From Malacoraja senta (taxonomy: Eukaryota): DNA of 64,000 nt. Location of the stretch: the NCBI GenBank assembly GCA_038087875.1, contig CM075983.1, positions 24,428,001 through 24,492,000 of the forward strand, in the 5' to 3' direction. The notes beneath the pieces were generated by a model, which was given only the letters and a program-made list of their open reading frames with translations, was not told the DNA's origin and made no database searches. Both the position numbers and the translations under genes were made by a program. Positions 39,642-54,600 of this stretch are shown one piece after another; the first letter of the stretch is position 1, and the number at the start of each line of letters is the position of its first letter.

Positions 39642-42600
39642 ACAATAGCCAGCGGGAGATGAGGGAACAGATATGTAGGCTGATTATAGAAAGTTGCAAA
39701 AGGAACAGGGTTTTCATTGTGGGTGATTGTAGTTTCCCCAATATTGACTGGATATTAGTTTAGTTTATTATTGTCATGTTTACCGAGGTACAGTCAAAAG
39801 CTTTTGTTTGCGTGCTATTCAGTCAGAAAAAAGACTATACATGAATACAGTCAAGCCATCCACAGTGCACAGATAAAGGATAAGGGTACAACATTCAGGG
39901 TAAGATATAACAATGAAGTCTGCTTAAAGATAGTTCAAAGTTCTTAGTGCAAAAGGCTTAGATGGGGCAGAATTACTTAGGTGTATCCAAAAGGGTTTCC
40001 TAAAAATGTATGTGGACAGTCCAACTTGAGGAGGGACCATGCTGGACCTGGCATTGGGAAACATGCCTCGCCAGCTGACTGGTGTTTCAGTGGAAGGGCA
40101 CTTTGGGGATAGTGATCACAACTCCATAATTTTTAAGATTGTTTTGAATAAGGATAAATTTGGACCTTGGGGAAGGTGCCTCAGGATCTTTTTCAATAAG
40201 TTCCCTTCTACCTATGTAAAGCTTGCCTACCTCTGGTTTAAGGCTTAACCTTACTGCCCTTTCTGAATGAGGGGACAACATTAGAGATCTACCAGTCTTC
40301 TGGTGACTCACCCAAGCCAAACGAAAATGCAAAAGCCTCTGTCAGAACCCCAGTCATCTCTTCCCTTATGATTTTGCTATAATTGCAGTAAAATTTATAT
40401 CTATTTTGTAACAAATAACGTAGTACGGTACACGACATTGAGCATAAAATTATCTTCAACAAAACCCTATATACTCTACAAAAAGTGACAGTGGGAAGAA
40501 CAGTGAATGATCACTGGTCTTCTCTAGTCAGAACCACAACAGGAGGAATGGCAACAATTGCAGAAAGGAATGAGCTTCAGGTAGCAAGACCTCAAAAGGG
40601 ACAAGGAGCCAAAGCTGGTTGAAAAAAATGTGCAACTTGCTGAATAGAAGAAACCATCTAGAGCAAGCTTTAATGCACAGCAGCAAGGAACCAAACTGAA
40701 AAGTTACAAGAGGAGGAAGCTCCAGTGAATGTTGTGAACTCTCTGGTGAAGGGGAAATTAATATAATTGATAAAGAATCAAAATAGGGCTAAATTTTAAG
40801 CAAAAATGCTATTTTTTATATTTCCAAAATGCATACTTGACTGGACAATTCAGTGCTGAATAAAACATGATAGAACTATGACAAGAGTCCTCAAAAAGCT
40901 GCAGGCCTTAATAATTGCATTGAATTGCAACAGGAAACCTCCTAACTCTTTTAGCAGCAGTATGTTGAGTTACAGGTTTTTGTATAAAAAAATCGTGTCT
41001 TCATTTTTTTGTACGCCACATTAAACAGGCAACATGAGCACACACAAATAGTATGAACCTGACTACTAATAACATTTTCATGTCATTTTTGCAAGTGACA
41101 AAACATACTAAAGTAATAATGTACAGTCATTTACTTTCTTAATACCCACACAACTATGTAAAACTGTACAATAACATGGAACGATTTAAACGCACCATAG
41201 GCTTTGTAGGAGCTTTTTCTTGAACCACTGCAAATTCAGGGGCTAATGCACATTCACCTGGAAAGAAACAAATATCAAGTCTTTAACAAAACAGCTACTT
41301 TTAAGAACTTTTAAGAACTTTAATGAATTAGTTAGAATTCTCAGGTGATCCCAAAATAAAGATTTCCTATGGAATTTTCAGATGGATTCCCTAAGGCAAT
41401 CAAAGGGAGTGTGGATCTAAAAAGACTAATGCTTGAAATGGAATTCCCAGTTGTCCAATATGAAGTTCCATAAATGTAGAATGTGATGTTTAATAGGATC
41501 TGATATAAAGAGTAAACATTTAAATTGCATGGCCACAAATACTAGAAGTCAAGGAATGGACGCAGTCATTCAAATGTAAGTATATTTTAGTTATTTTTAT
41601 ATATTTTTTCCAGCTAGCATTCAGTTTATCAGAAGCGTTTGTGCCCATTGAGACAAAAGATCACAAGGGCATAAGAGTGATTAGGTATCTTTGAATTGTT
41701 GAGAATGGAAAAAATGACTGTTCCACAGTAAATGAGGGAACAGAAGTACATTAGGTGGAAAATCATTCTAACCAGCTCAATGTGAGGTAATTCTTAACCA
41801 TCAAGAAAAGACAATGGGCCAAGAATTTTTGCAAGAGTAGTGCAAAACATTTAATTAATAATTAACAAATGTTCTGAGAATTAAGTTGGAAAAATAATCT
41901 CTGTCACTTAACTATCCCCATAAAACTACCTGTCTGAATAATTCAAAGGCACATTAAAATAAATGACTAGTTTAATCCTCTCTAAGGGAGTCACTGAAAA
42001 TGTGTGTTGCAGGATTTATTTCACGGGTAATAAATCTCTGTGTCGATGTCAACAACAAAAAAGAAACATCGGTGCAAAATACATGATTCAGTTGAGCTAT
42101 TGGTAAGCAAATCGAAATCCAAACTGAGCAAATCCGAACATTATAAAGCAACATGAGTAAAGCTTTATGCTCTTCCAACTCGGATGTCCCACATAATCAT
42201 GCAATTTCACCAGAAAATTAAAGGAAGATTTCTTGGTTTCGGCAAACAAGAAATGTATTCTGTCTATTGCCATTATTTTACCTCTGGATAGACGGGCCCA
42301 TTTCTCATCCAAACATCTTGGGTCAGGTTTCTTCACTTTTTTCACTTTTTGGGAATTTTAAGAAAAAGATAAGTTAGTGGACCTGCAACTTCATAAAAGA
42401 TTGGTGAAATATAATACACATAATACATATTTAGCATCATTTTCCTTAATGCAATCCATCAGATGAACATTGTTCCCAAGCAGCTCATCCAACAGAGTTT
42501 GACAGAATTTTTCTTGTCATACTTCTTTCAGTTACTCCAAGGTCTAGCTCTAGAAAAAACAGCTTGATCTCACTGGCACCAATTTATATAACATTTTTTA

Positions 42601-45600
42601 AAGACTGTTTTGTACTCTGTTTCCATCAGGTTTCTTCTCCACTATTGATGTAAATTTCCAGCAACATCTTACTTGTTGCTGGAAATCACCACAGAAAGAG
42701 GCTCTTCAGCCCTTCGGGTGGGGTCAAGGAAAGAGCGTTCACGTCGCGGCCCCGTTTCCACCAATCTTTCCACCACCACGTACAAGAAGCGCAAGGCGAA
42801 CACCATTGTATGCAGATGCCGAGAAGTGTGTTCAGCTCTGGCTGAACAACTTCTAATCTTGTGTGTGGACTCGAGAAGAAGAAGAAGCCCTTCGGGTCCA
42901 AGACAGTTACCAGCAAAGCAATCCTATCAGTCCCATTTCCCCTCTTCTTGTTTCCATAGTGCTTACATGCAGAGTATGTGTTTGATTACTTTGGAAAATC
43001 CCCTTCAACAAGTAGCTCCCATACTCTATTTTTTGCATTCCTGTTGCTAACCATAATGGAAAATATCATGCTGAAGAGTGGAAATTTACCAGAGATTGTG
43101 TTCATGTTTGCCATGCAAGTTACTTGTTGAGCAGATAAAGTGTGAAAACATTTTCTTCACCCTAAATATTCAACCCATCCAATACTGGCACAACATAACT
43201 GCTGAGAGAAACAATCTACAAAAAGGTTTAGCTTAGTTTAGAGATACAGCATGGCAACAGGCGCTTCGGCCCATGGAAGTATAGAGACAACAGATACATG
43301 AGAAGTCTACAATTACAAGCTCCCTTGCAAGTCACACACCCGTGACCTGGAAATGTATCTCCATGCCTTCATCATTTGGGGTGGCTCAGTGGTGAAGGGG
43401 TGGCACAGTTGTGCAGCGGTAGAGTTGCAGTCTTACAGTGCTTGAAACCTGGGTTTGATCCTGACCTTGAGTGTTGCCTGTATGGAGTATGTATGTTCTC
43501 CCTGTGCTCCAGTTTCCTCCCACATCCCAAAACGTGCAGGTTTTTAGGTTAATTGACTTCAATAAATTGTCCCTTGTGTGCAGGTTAGAACTGATGTACA
43601 GATGATCACTGGTCCATGTGCACTCAGTGGACTGAGGGGCCTGTTTCCACACTGTATCTCTGACTAAACTAATCACTGAGGTCAATTATTGGAACTCACA
43701 AGCAAGTGGAATTGTGGGAGAACTTTCACAACATGGATTTAATTATTCAGCCTCCTGTCACTTTCCCACGACAAGTTGTGTCCAAGAAACTACTGGATTG
43801 TGGTAAAAACCCTTCGGATTTCACAAATATTCTTCAGGAAATGAAACTGCCAATACTAGCCTTTGCCTATTGAAGTAACATAGCAAAGCACTCAATTCAA
43901 ACAGCATTTTGGGAAGGACAATAACTGTTGACTTTAAGCCTCAGTTATATGCTGTGAAGAAATAAAAACAAAATTGGGGTGGGTTGGTATTGTCCTCATA
44001 AGCATTAAGAGAGAAGTAAAACTAATTAGTTACCTCTTTTAACCTTGGATTCACCATCTCCACGGTCACGAACTTCTCCTCTGCATCGATCGTACTGCTC
44101 TTGTCGTTCAATAAACTCACGGAGTTTTTGAATTTGGTGGTCCATTTTCTTTTCAAATGATTCTTGCCTCTATCAAAATAAAATATACCACCATAGATAA
44201 TTACTTCAGACAGAAATGTGATACACCTACTGAATAACATGATAATATCTCAAATTTCCAAATATCCTGACTCATGTTTAAAATGTGCTCTCATAATTAA
44301 TACAGCATAGTGCATAGCACTAAAAACAATGAGCACATTCCGGGCCCAATCTCCCACCACTGGCGCTGTCGTGCAGTAAGTTGCCATCTTGTGTATAAAC
44401 ACTTATTTTCAAAACTTTGAAAATATTATGGATCAGAAAAACTTTCCATCCTTAAACTTAGATTAGTACCCTTAAGAAGCCGAGCCCATCCACCAAAAAC
44501 ATACCCTTCTCGCCCTATCTTCCTTAGCTTTTCTTCTTAGCTTTTCCAGATTAAATTCACTCTTTACATCTTCTTCAAGTCGCATCAAAACTGACCTCTC
44601 CTTTATATTCAGCTCCTGATTAAAACAAAAACAGAAATTAGTGGTAACATTTGTATCCCTGGTGCACATGCTCAACTCTGATTCAATTGCTGATAGGTAG
44701 AAAAGAAACAAAAGTTGAACCCGGGAGAAATCAGGAGCTCAACAATTTTTGAATGGTGGTCCATTGAATTTTTAAAAATCCGGAAACTAGAAATGGCTAA
44801 ACTGCGGGGAGTCAGATTGGCGAGCAGGAAGAGGTGGATTGTGCAAGTCAGGGTGTCGTGGCTTAGGGGATTGAGGGTTCAAGTACTTTGGGAAGATCAG
44901 AAAATGATAGTGCAGTACAGAAGTTTTGCTGAGGGATGAAATTAAGTCAATAGCAGACCTTGCAAGTATCTTAGATCAGTGTGGCTTTGGGAAAGCAAGT
45001 TTGTCTAGGAGTGTGCAATGACAGGCATTTCCAGGACAAAATGGGCCAAGGTCTCATGCAATGCTGCAGTAGGACCATTTAATGGAGAATATTGTTATTC
45101 CATTTGCTTTGATGAAGAAATCAGGTCAGCGGCTCAATGACTTGATATTAGCTCAATATACACTGATCCAATCAATCACATTATCTTACTCTTTCTCTAC
45201 TGCTCTATAAATTATATCCTTCAAAGTCCCTTCCAAAAGTTTAAATTAATTTGCTTCAATGACTCGAACAAGCAAAGAATTCCACAAATATGTTCCCATG
45301 AGAATACAGAATACAGCCTGTTCAATTTCTTATTGAATTATTAATTCATTTTACAGTATTTTACAATACAGGGAAAGGGTATCATCCCCAGACACCATGC
45401 ATTAGTGAAGGACTTGCAAAATTTAAAGTAAAGAAAGTATGAACAGAAATAATGGCACTAAAGAGAGTCTATAATCTAAAGCGTCAGATTGTTTCCATCG
45501 CAGACTCTTAAATTAGGTGAGTACATTGCAAATGATCCAAGATTAAATCTCCATATCTTCCAAAGTTTTCTCAATTTAGGCAACAGTCACTTAGACTGAA

Positions 45601-48600
45601 AAAACAATGCACTTCTCAATTTAACATATCAGAAATGTGTGAGAAGCAAATAATGGGGAACTATAAATCAGTTAACCTTACATTTATTGTTGGGTAAAAT
45701 TACATGATTCTCTAATGAAGTGACAAAATTTTCAGTTGATTTAAGGCAACTACCAAAGGCCACAAATAAAAAATTCAATCTGATTTTATTAAATTGGTAA
45801 CTAAAGTCAACAAGGAAATATAAATTGAAATGATTTGTGTGAACGTTTAGATGGCATTTGATCGTCTCTCATGATAGACTGCTAAAGTTGAAGTCATGGA
45901 ATTTAAGTTGAATTATCGAACAATTGGGGAATTGGCAGACCTCGACTGGAAATGGACAGGTACTCATATACTCAAGGAATCTGTGGTGAGGCAAATATTT
46001 ACTCGATTTATAATTATTTAGATGATGGAACATCAGGGCAGCACGGGGCACAATGGTAGAGATGCTGCCTTAAAGCGCCAGAGACCCAGGTTCGATGCTG
46101 ACCACATGTGCTGTCTGTGCGGAGTTTGTACGTTCGCCCTGTGACCACGTGGGTTTTCTCTGGGTGCTCTGGTCTCCTCCCACACTCCAAAGATGTGCAG
46201 ATTTGTAGGTTATGGTAATTGGCTTTGATAAAATTGTAAATCGTCCCTAGTGTGTAGGATAGTCCTAGTGTACGGGGTGAGCGCTGGTCGGCGTGGACTT
46301 GAGGGGCCGAACAACCTGTTTCCGCGTTGTATTTCTAAAGACTAAATAGAAAATTTCATATTGAAATTCACTGATTACACTGACAGGCAAATCAGTGAGC
46401 ATTACATGCAGATTGAAGCATTAGATTACAAAAAATATAGTTCACTTTGCAACATCACCATTGGTCAATCTTCACTGATTTCTCAACTTGTTGCTACCCT
46501 CTGACAGCACTACCCAGAAATTGAACAACAATTTCCATGTGTAAACTGGTGATTCTTGGCTTTCCCTCACCACTAATTCTCTTTATCAAAATTTCTGCCA
46601 AATAAATAATAGAAAGACCAAACCTATCATCTTCAGTTTCTGTGACAAATTCCATTCCACAAACACTCACTCCACCCTCTTCCTCACAACTCTCTGAATT
46701 GAAGCAGAATCTACACAACTGTCGTATTGATCCAGATTTTAAACCACATCGCATAATTTCCAGACCATCCAATTCCCCCTCCAGAGCACTGATCAATTCT
46801 GCACCTCTATCAGCTCATCCAGTGATAAAAATTTCATTTTTACCTTGAGACCAGACTATTCTTATGAACTACTGACTTACCCATCTCATTTTACTCTCGA
46901 TAAATTTAAGGACACCCAAAACTCTGCCGCCCATCTCCCACTTTGCACGTTTCTACCTCACTTCAATTATTGTCGATCTGCACTGGTGCCAGATTACCCC
47001 AAATTCTGTATTTAAAGTTTGCATTCACATCTTCATAACTGTCCCACCATATAATTGCAATATCCTCCCATCCTATACACTCCAATATATTTGTTCTCTT
47101 CAGCATCCCATTGTACCACCACTGGCAACTATGTCTTTAACTCCAAGCCTCTAACACTAGAATTTCCGACCCAACAACCTTTCTCAACTTCTCTACCCAC
47201 CTATAAAATATTTTTTCAACTAGATCTTCAGTTATCTGATCTGATATCTCCTTATTTTGGCTCAGTATCAATGGTTTGATAACATACTTGTGAAGTGTGG
47301 CAGAATGAATCATTTTTTTAAAAGTATAAATTGTTTTTTGTGGTAATGCACCCAAAACAACAGAAGAACAATGGTGAAAAGCAGTGATGATCCAGAGAGT
47401 CTTGAGTATACAGTTACACACAGGCCCATCACCGATTTTCCAGCACCCTTGGTTAGAAAGTATTGCTGGATTATCCATTTTACCAGACAAACAGAGGTCA
47501 CAGTCTCCATGAGGAGTCAAACACCTAGAGAGGGGGGGAACAGTCCACTTATCCGCTGGTGATTCGAGATACCAGCCTGCAAAGCCAGCCTTGGAAGTCA
47601 GCTATGGGAACGGATCTGCCGGCTATGGGCCGGAGTTCCAGAACCCCAGCTGCAGGGGGCAAATTCGACCCACCAATTGACTGCAGAAGTCCCAATGAGG
47701 TTGAGATTGGCCACCTCAACCGGCCCAGATGCCACATAATTTGGGGGGACTTCTGGGGGGGGGGGGGGGTTCAAGTGCGTTCTTGTAATTTTGTGCAGAT
47801 TAAAGGAGGTTCCCAGACCTCCAGTTGCTGGAAAATCAGTGATGGACCTATATAGTTCATTAAAGTCTCATACAACTCATTTCAAACCCCTGATACTGAG
47901 AGCAATTCTAGATACCACAACCTTGATAAAGGTATCAAATTGTGAGGCAAAAAACAATTGGCACTATATTCATTGGAGTCTATAGGCGGTGGCACCGTGA
48001 TATACTGAATAGAGCTGCTGACTCACAACTTCAGCAATCCAGGTTTTAACCTGACACTGAGCGGATGCATAGACTTTGCACATTCTTCTTGTAACCACAT
48101 GCATTTCCTCCTTATATGCAGGTTACATCTCATCCCAAATTCTAGGAAAATTGGCTGCTGTAAAATATGATCGGGAGTTGAGCAGAGATGTGGAAAATAA
48201 AATTGGATTAGTGGTGTATTTGTACAACTGAGTGTTTGATGGTTTGGACAGTCTCATTGAGCCAAAAGGCCTGTTCCTGTGCTGTATGACTCATTGGCTC
48301 GATTGCAAGGTATCCAATTTATGATAGCGAGTGGGCTTGGTGTCTTAGATATTGGAAGTTTCATGGAGAACCTAAAACCAACTTTTCGGAATAAGTTTCG
48401 CATTTACAATGGAGATGAGCAGGAATTTTCTCTCTCAGAAATCGGGCATCTTTGGTGTTCTCTATTGCAAAGCATTGTGGGGTGTTTAATTAAATATATT
48501 CACAGCAGAGATAGCCGGACATTTGACTATAGGGGGGATCCAACTCTACAAGAACAGGCAAGATTTGAACCATGAATTATTTTTATTCGCACCTCTTGTT

Positions 48601-51600
48601 GAATTTGGTGTACCAATTCTTTTGAACCTTGGGTTGCATCTTTGTTTCCGGCTGCCAGAACAGCACAGCATTTCTGTTCTTTTATCAAGTCCTTGATGTT
48701 TTCTTCTGTTTCGATCATTTTGAAAAACCTTTTGGGAAAATAAATCCGATTAAAGTATGCAAAGAAATAACATATGTATAAGCTGCCCTTCAGTAAGATG
48801 TTCCAAATCATTTCACAATCATTAATTGTAGCGTATAGAAACATGAAACTGCAGATGCAGGTTTACAAAAAAAGACACAAATGCTGGAGTAACCCAGCTG
48901 GCGTCAAGCAGCATCTCTGGAGGAATGTTTCCTCTGTAGAGACAAGCCCACGTTGAATTGCTTAGCTAATTAAGAAGGTATTGCCATCCAGGTGGGTGTG
49001 GCAGGTTGAAAAGCAGCTGGAGGCATCACCACCCAGTTCTCCACTGCATTCTTGCCCAATTTTGGACAAGCAAACAGAGTAAAACCCATTTGTAGCTCTG
49101 CAAATATTTCTAACTTGAAAATGACTGATTTAGTAACAAATGCCATCATCAAGGATCAGATTGCCTGCTCCTGCCCCTGCTTAACCAAGCGAAAACATCC
49201 CTTCCTAAACCAGAGCTAATTGTAGTGCCTTTCATTAATTTCTGAAAGTTCTGAAAGTTGACTCAGAGAATAGCATCAACATCAAGAATAGCAATAATAG
49301 AAAACAAATTAACAACTCTTTTTATAACACCAAAATAACAATTTGTTATAGTGGCTTCTGCAATCTAATATTAATATTTCTTGTTCTAGTTCTGCACCCT
49401 TTTCTTTAACTTTAGGCTGTGCACGCCATACGCAAGAACCCTTTTCTTTGCATTAGGGAAAGAATTCTAAAACAGCGTATAAGAAAATTAGTTTTTGGTG
49501 CTAATGGTGGAGCAAAGGAGTATGATGTGAGGAAGTCTACATGGCATGCAATTGTTGTGTCCAGGGATGTTACAGCAAGATGAAGTACCAAGGTCATTGA
49601 AGTTTTTAAGAAGGAACTGCAGATGCTGGAGAATCGAAGGTAGACAAAAACTCAGCGGGTCAGGCAGCATCTATGGAGCGAAGGAAATAGGTGATGTTTC
49701 GGGTCGAGACCCTTCTTCAGTCTGAAGAAGGGTCTCGACCCGAAATGTCGCCTATTACCTTCGCTCCATAGATGCTGCCTCACCCGCTGAGTTTCTCCAG
49801 CATTTTTGTCTACCTAAGGTTATTGAAGTTGATGCTTTGGAGACTGGTGATCCACTGCTTGTCACTGTAGAACGAGTAAAAGGTAAGTCTTATCTAATGT
49901 GGGGAGCAGTTATTTGACCGAGGGTAAATAGTGTTAGCCAACCATGAAAATATTTGAGTAGTCAAGCTAGGAAATGATAGTATATCCAAAATGGTCTCAG
50001 CAACCAATGGATTGTGGAAGGCAGAGACATTCAATGTTCACAGCTGAAATTAGGCAGACATTGATAAAGCACAAATAATCTCAGTGGTTCAGTTCCATGA
50101 CACCTTAGAAGAGTCCTAAATGTGCCAACAAATTAAAATCTGTGTAGAAAATTACATAACATTTCCTCAAAGCTGCAAGCTCCCATGTTGCAATGATATT
50201 CCGATATCCTTTCAAGTTGGAGCATTTTCTGGCTTTCACTGGGTGATTTCATAACTCTGTACCCTCCACCTCAAAATCTTTCTTGAAACTTTTCTATTTA
50301 GCTTCTGCTCCTCCTTTTGCTCTGCTTCCCATGATGGCCTATTCTCTCATCTTCAGTGATTTGTCCCCTCCATCATTCAAATAAATATATATATTTAAAA
50401 GAATTAAGTATTTCTACCTCTGAAAAGGGTACATCTTCATTTTTTTACCATGTAACTGCTGACATTATACAACAATACCATTATGGTCTTATCAATGACT
50501 CAACATCTGAATGAAAACTTGGGAGAGATTGGGGTTCACTTCGAGTGGAATCAACATTGGACATGTTAGATTTATTATACATGCTTCAAAGGACATAATT
50601 TGGAAGAAAAATCAACTCTGAAAGTCATTTAAAAGTGTACCTTTCCCTCAGAGCTTTTCTGCTTATATTTTTCTTGGATTCATTTGTGAGCCACTCCTGT
50701 AGATCAGAAAGGGTTACCCCCTGTGCGATACCTTGATCTTGAAGATTCAGTAATTGTTTCAGAAGAAGTCGCTTGAGATCCAAAATAGAAACAGTTATTT
50801 TCCTTTTTTTAAAATATAGAATTCATTTGCTTCAAATTCAAACGATTGCTCACCTGTTCATGTGCATATTTTCTTTCAAAATCTAATCTGATGCTGGCTA
50901 GGTAATCTCTATACTCATTAAATTCCTTCAAACTGCATATAATCTGAAAAAGAACAGAACAATAGCTAAATACAAGTAAGTTCCTCAGCTTTTATGGAAT
51001 TGGATTTATCATTAGTTAGGCAACAGCAAATAATCTTGATAACCAATCTTCCATTTCCATCCAATGAAAAAAGGTTGTAAGGAACTAAAGAAAAAGACCA
51101 TGTCATTAAGATGGAAATATGAGGAGGTTGCCAGGGCTTGAGAGCCTGGGTTATAGGAAAGGTTGAGCAGGCTAAGATTGCATTCGTTGGAGCACAGGGG
51201 ACTGATGGATGATTGTACAGAGGATGATTGTATAAAATCATGAAGGGAATAGTTAGGGTGAATGCAGAGGTATTTTACCCAGGATAGGGGCATCAAGAAC
51301 CAAAGGACATAGGTTTAAAGTGAGAGGGGGGGAAATTGGATAGGAACCTGAGTAGCAACTTTGTCATTCAGAGGGTGATGAGTAAATGGAATGAGCTGCC
51401 CGAGGATGTAGTCAAGACAGGTACTATAATAGGATTTAAGAGACACTTGGACAGGTACATGGACAGGAGAGGTTTAGAGGGATGTGGACCAAACATAGGC
51501 ACATGGGACTAGCTTGGCAGAGGCATCTTGTTTGGCATAGACATGTTGAACCTAATGGCCTGTTTGACTCTATGATAATAACATTCTAAAAGATCATTTT

Positions 51601-54600
51601 CAAAGCTCCAATTATTGACTAATCAAACAAAATCCAAAGTAACCTTCATTTTCAGGTACACAAACATACATCATCAGATTGTAATTTATGTTGTAAATAA
51701 AGTGGTCATTTTAAAAGTTCATGCATTTAAAATACAATTTTATCTATTATCAGCAGTTTTATTTCATCGCTATGTTTATTCCAAAAAATGTAAACAGCTG
51801 ATTTTTCACATCATTAAAATGTTTGAAGCTGCCACACTTTTGATAAGGACATTAGTGATTTTTTTTCAATGGTTTGCAATGTTATTGAGTTTATTGTATG
51901 TATGGCTAGATACTGCAGTAATGATTCTAAAGGAAATCAGATTAACTGTATTCCCAAAAATATAAATGAGGATTATTATTTTCATATATCTGTGGCACTA
52001 TACAATGCCTATTCACATACAAATTAACGCCTTCCACGGCTGATAGAAATTATGGCAATTGTGAAAAGTCAATGAACTCATTTTATTTTTCATTCTTGGC
52101 CATTACTTTCTGCTGTAAAATTTGCAAAGGAATTTTGTACGGTCTTGCCATTGCGTAAGCAATGCTGCAAGAGATAGTGAAGTAAATATCTCAATCCCAG
52201 TCCTCAGCTCCAGGAGATCAATGGGACAGTAGAATGTACAACAAACTCAAAAGCTTTGAAAATAATTTTGTGTAGTTTAAGAAGTAAATGCATTGGACAA
52301 CATCAAATCAGAAATTCTTCAAAGAACCAATGAAATACATAATAAATAGTGTCCTAAATTGCATCTTTACAGGTACTGCAATATATTGATGCTCTTATTT
52401 TTGCTTACAGCATATTTTATTTGGGGATAATTACCAACTTCCAAAATAGATGTGCCAAAATAACTTGAATAACTGCAAGCTGTTTCATTCACTCTGCAGA
52501 GAATATTTCTCAGATAATGATGAAATAAAGAGCCTGATGCAACCAAAAGTTTGGTCATTGTCACATTGTGATTTTTGTGATTTTGCAGAATGCAAATTGG
52601 CTGGCACATTCCCCACATTATTACAAAAGCACTTAATAGCTTGTAACACACTTTGGAGCATTTCTAAACTCCTGAAGGGCAGACTTAAATGAAAGTTTTT
52701 CTTTGTTTAATCTTAATGGAGAAAAGCTGCCTACTACAAAAATAAATAAATAATTATGTAAACAGCAGTAAAAGTACTGAAAAGCATAATGGTTGAACTC
52801 TTAAACTCAGTAAATGTTTCATGACTTACTTGTTGTCGCATCCAAAGACAAATATAATACAACTATAAAAATGAATATTTAACAACCACAGATCACTGTG
52901 CACTTTATAAAACTATCACTTTAACAGTTGGAAAAATAAACCAAATTAAAAAATAACAACAAGGAAACTGGCAATATCTTACCTTGTTATTTTCTGTAAT
53001 AAGCCCCTGATTTTTTAACTTTTTTAGGATATCTTTTCGCCTGTAATAATTATTTAAATAAGGATCATGAAGGCTTTTGTAGTTCAGTTTCAGTAGGTGC
53101 AAATTGGGGTCTGTGAGGTTGAATTCACTCGAGGGTTGATGAAGCTGAACAAAATCATTTTTAAGAGTTAGGCATCTGGAACAATCGATTTAGTGAGGTA
53201 CAACTTTGCTGATGTATAAAATGGTGTACAGACACTCCCCACTTACGTAGACAAAATGATTACATCTGGCGGACCCTTGCATGTCAGACGTTACATGTCA
53301 GAAATTTACATAAATTGCCTATTATGTAAGTCGGAGAGTGGCTGCACAAATGCCTTATTTTAAATAATAGAGATAATAAGTTTATGGTTTTCCTGATATA
53401 ACCAGTTACATCTTCAATTATAGTAATTGAAAAGCTCCTTGATGCTAGATAGGCCAACAGGATTCATTGTAATACTGCCTTTCGAATGGGAATCAAAATC
53501 ATTCGAATCAAAATTGAGAATGATATTGAGACATTTGGTAACTCAGAGTTAAAAAGTTTTCAGAACTATGAGTATAAATTCATCAAGCAGCTGCAGCTAC
53601 CTCTGGACCTTTCTGTCGGCTAGTTTAGAGATACAATATGGAAACAGGCCCTTTGGTCCTCCGAGTCCACCGACCATTGATTTACACGAGTTCTATGTTA
53701 TCCCACTTTCCCATCCACTCCCTACATAATAGAGGCAATTTGCACAGAGGCCAAGTAACCTACAAACTCACACATTTTTGTGATGTCGGAGGAAACCAGA
53801 GCACTGGGAGGAAATGCATGCAGTCACAGAGAGAACGTGCAAACTCTACACACAGCACCTGAGATCAAGATCGAACTCAGGTCCCTGGCACTTTGAGGCA
53901 GCAAATCCACTAGCTGAGCCACTGTGCCACTTCCACCAATAACACCACAGATCTCCTGGCAAGAAAAAGCAACAGGAAAGATAGCCTTTCATTACCATCT
54001 CAAAAAATACAATTGTCAATCGGACACAATCTTTCCATACCAAATATAGTATTGACAATAATAAAACATGAAATGTTATGAATTGTGAAAAGCGACAAAT
54101 GGAATTTAATCCAGAGAATTGTGAGTGAATGTATTTGCTTCAGAGCAAGACTGCAAGGGAATATACAATAATTGGGAGAATTCTGATAATATGTACAAAC
54201 AGAAAGACCTTCGAATGTACATCCACGGATCTTTAAAGGAAAAAAAAACAGGTCAATAGTTTTATTGAATAGGGCATATGAGAAGATAGACATAAAGTGC
54301 TGGAGAAACTCAGCGGATCAGGCAGCATCTCTGGAGAAAAAATATGGGTGATGTTTTGGGTCAGGACCCTACTTGAGATGCTGTCCATAATTAGAATATG
54401 AATATGAGCAGGGAATTTATGTTAGAATAGTATACATCCTACTCAAGATATAGCTTGAGTATGGTGTACATTTCTGATCACTATATTACAGGAAAGAAGT
54501 GAAGATGCTCGGCAGGATGCAGAGGAGATCTACATTGATGCTGCCATGACTGCAAACTGCAACCATATGGATAAGATAAGATATTTTTTTCAGTCAACTG

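Larger units (their letters stand above)
37410..47887. repeat. Copy 2 of the 10,478-bp direct duplication
   Basis: Starts at the first base after the gap; identical to copy 1 wherever compared. Confidence 0.95.

Noticed and set aside
26732-47887. Genuine tandem partial gene duplication
   Set aside because: Apparent complete identity and breakpoints exactly at the gap edges point to an assembly artefact.
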